Origin: Owenia fusiformis
Taxonomy: Eukaryota
Direction of reading: 5' to 3'
DNA: 64,000 nucleotides
NCBI GenBank assembly: GCA_903813345.2
Contig: CAIIXF020000001.1
Location: 15,004,001-15,068,000, forward strand
The notes under the pieces are model-generated. The model made no database searches, had not been told where the DNA came from, and was given only the letters and a program-made list of their open reading frames with translations. The translations under genes were made by a program, and so were the position numbers. Below, in pieces: positions 62,346-64,000 of the stretch. Positions within the stretch are counted from its first letter, which is position 1. Each line of letters starts with the position of its first letter.

Positions 62346-64000
62346 GTCGACTCATTTCTGAAGTTATGGTTGCTATGGTAACCTCAATAACGTCATAGCG
62401 GGATAGGGCAATATTTGTGAAGTTTAAAATTAGTTCTCTTTCGGATATAATATCAAACCCCGTGTAATCTTTATTTATGGAGGAAATAAAGAAAATACAT
62501 ATACACACGGTAGGGATTGTCATCACGTGACCTTCGCAGTTGATGGTGTCTGAACAAGATGTAAGATTTTCTCGATTAAGCAAGAAAAACGAATATTTTT
62601 CATATTTATACTTTGTTAAATGCTTCAAATCTCTCCCCACTTGTGCATATTATCTCAGTCTCTCAAATGAACCTAAATTTACTAACAGAGTACGCATATT
62701 TTTTGAGATATCACTGTTTTTTGTTTCGAAAAATGATGGTGTCCGAACAACTTTAAAATTCTGTATGATGGTATCTGTACATATTTTTAAATACACTACT
62801 TGGATGGTAGTCCTCGTGTTTTCGTGTGTTATTTAAATATATATCCTTCTTTCCAATGTGTTGTAGCACTTGAACATGCTAATTTGGAAACTCTGTTTTC
62901 CAAATCCAAAGAGAGGGGCATGTTATTTTATTTATTTTTATTCCAAATGCTATTGTTTAATTTTGGATTAAACCAAATCAACCTAGAATCGTGATGTTTG
63001 CCTGTTATCACTGCTATCCATTGGTTGAATTTCCAACGCTGAACGATTTGCAAATCATGTGTGGCACAATCATCCATCAGAGGAATTTAGATACATTGTG
63101 TATTGTCGCCAGAAGCTGGGCGATTGAGTCATTTGATCAAACGTTATCTATTCCATATTACAAATTAAAGATTGAATACTTGAATAAAACAAAATAAAAT
63201 GAGTTCCATCAATCGATTTAGACTGCCCAGGGATGGTATTATTCAGTAAAGCCTGCCACCCTTTGAGAGGCCAGAGAAGCTATGCAATATTGGTGATGTC
63301 ATTGGTTGTAAGTAGAAATCTGACCAATCAAAATACAGGATTTCGTGTGTCATTGTCCTGATTAAAGTGCTATGCAAAATTATTGCACATTAGTAGGGTC
63401 TAGCTTCTGCACTGAACCTCATACCCGCGTACATGGTAGTAATGTAGCCTAAATATTGCAATATAGTCACACCTTAAAGACGACTTCCTGGAAGTCCACA
63501 GCAAGTGAAAAACAATCTTAGTGAAGATTGCTTCTAGTGAACGAGCATTCAATAGATAAAGGATCCGTCATACTCAGTATATAAAAATGCCCCAAGGTCT
63601 CTCATAAGAGTCATAACCATTATGACATATAATATGGAATTTAGTGAGGAGTTAATTATGGCATAGTGTTCAGTTGCATCCTAAGTGTTATTGAGGTCAT
63701 AGTGACCTTGTAAAGGTCAAGTTGGTGCATATCTGAAAATTAAAGATTCTTGTGTACAAAATCATCATTTACAAAATTTAAAATGTGAAAATATGATTAA
63801 GAATGTTAAGAAATTTCAAATGAGCTGCTTCACTTTTACGGTGCTTCCGCAGGCTTAAGCCACACTAATTTCATCACTAAATTGTACCCTTGGTAATAAT
63901 GTTTATATTGAGGCATAAATAAGAGTGGCTTAGGCCCGCGGAGGCAATGAATCATTCAAATATATAGAACAGGCATTGAATTTGCTAACTTTATTTAACC

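Noticed and set aside
61250..63170. Possible upstream exons of the mucin-like gene (about 61255-61440, 62500-62549, 62983-63146)
   Set aside because: No phase-consistent, stop-free chain or recognisable domain could be assembled.

Overview
AT-rich eukaryotic genomic DNA with GT-AG introns, most likely from a marine lophotrochozoan invertebrate such as an annelid or mollusc (inference from gene content and repeat types). Splicing by hand gives phase-consistent gene models, in order: (1) a minus-strand secreted protein joining an ADAM/reprolysin-type prodomain to a PAN/apple and a kringle domain, running off the left edge; (2) an intronless, divergent heparan sulfate 6-O-sulfotransferase-like gene; (3,4) a head-to-head pair of divergent EF-hand paralogues, one with a long Pro/Ala insertion; (5) an enoyl-CoA hydratase with a mitochondrial-type presequence and a C-terminal SKL; (6) a 5'-truncated RNase H-bearing LINE between that gene and staufen; (7) a staufen gene with 15 coding exons (about 772 aa), whose 14.9-kb intron holds a complete antisense 4-exon gene for a secreted VWA protein plus nested transposons and long inverted repeats; (8) a small secreted Sushi-EGF-EGF protein; (9) the last exon of a mucin-stalk transmembrane protein. 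Non-coding DNA is rich in non-autonomous Tc1/mariner, Helentron-type (HINE), Kolobok-, hAT- and CAC-terminated foldback elements. Most short ORFs in the track are spurious. No rRNA, intact tRNA or CRISPR was seen. All calls were made by eye without database searches.
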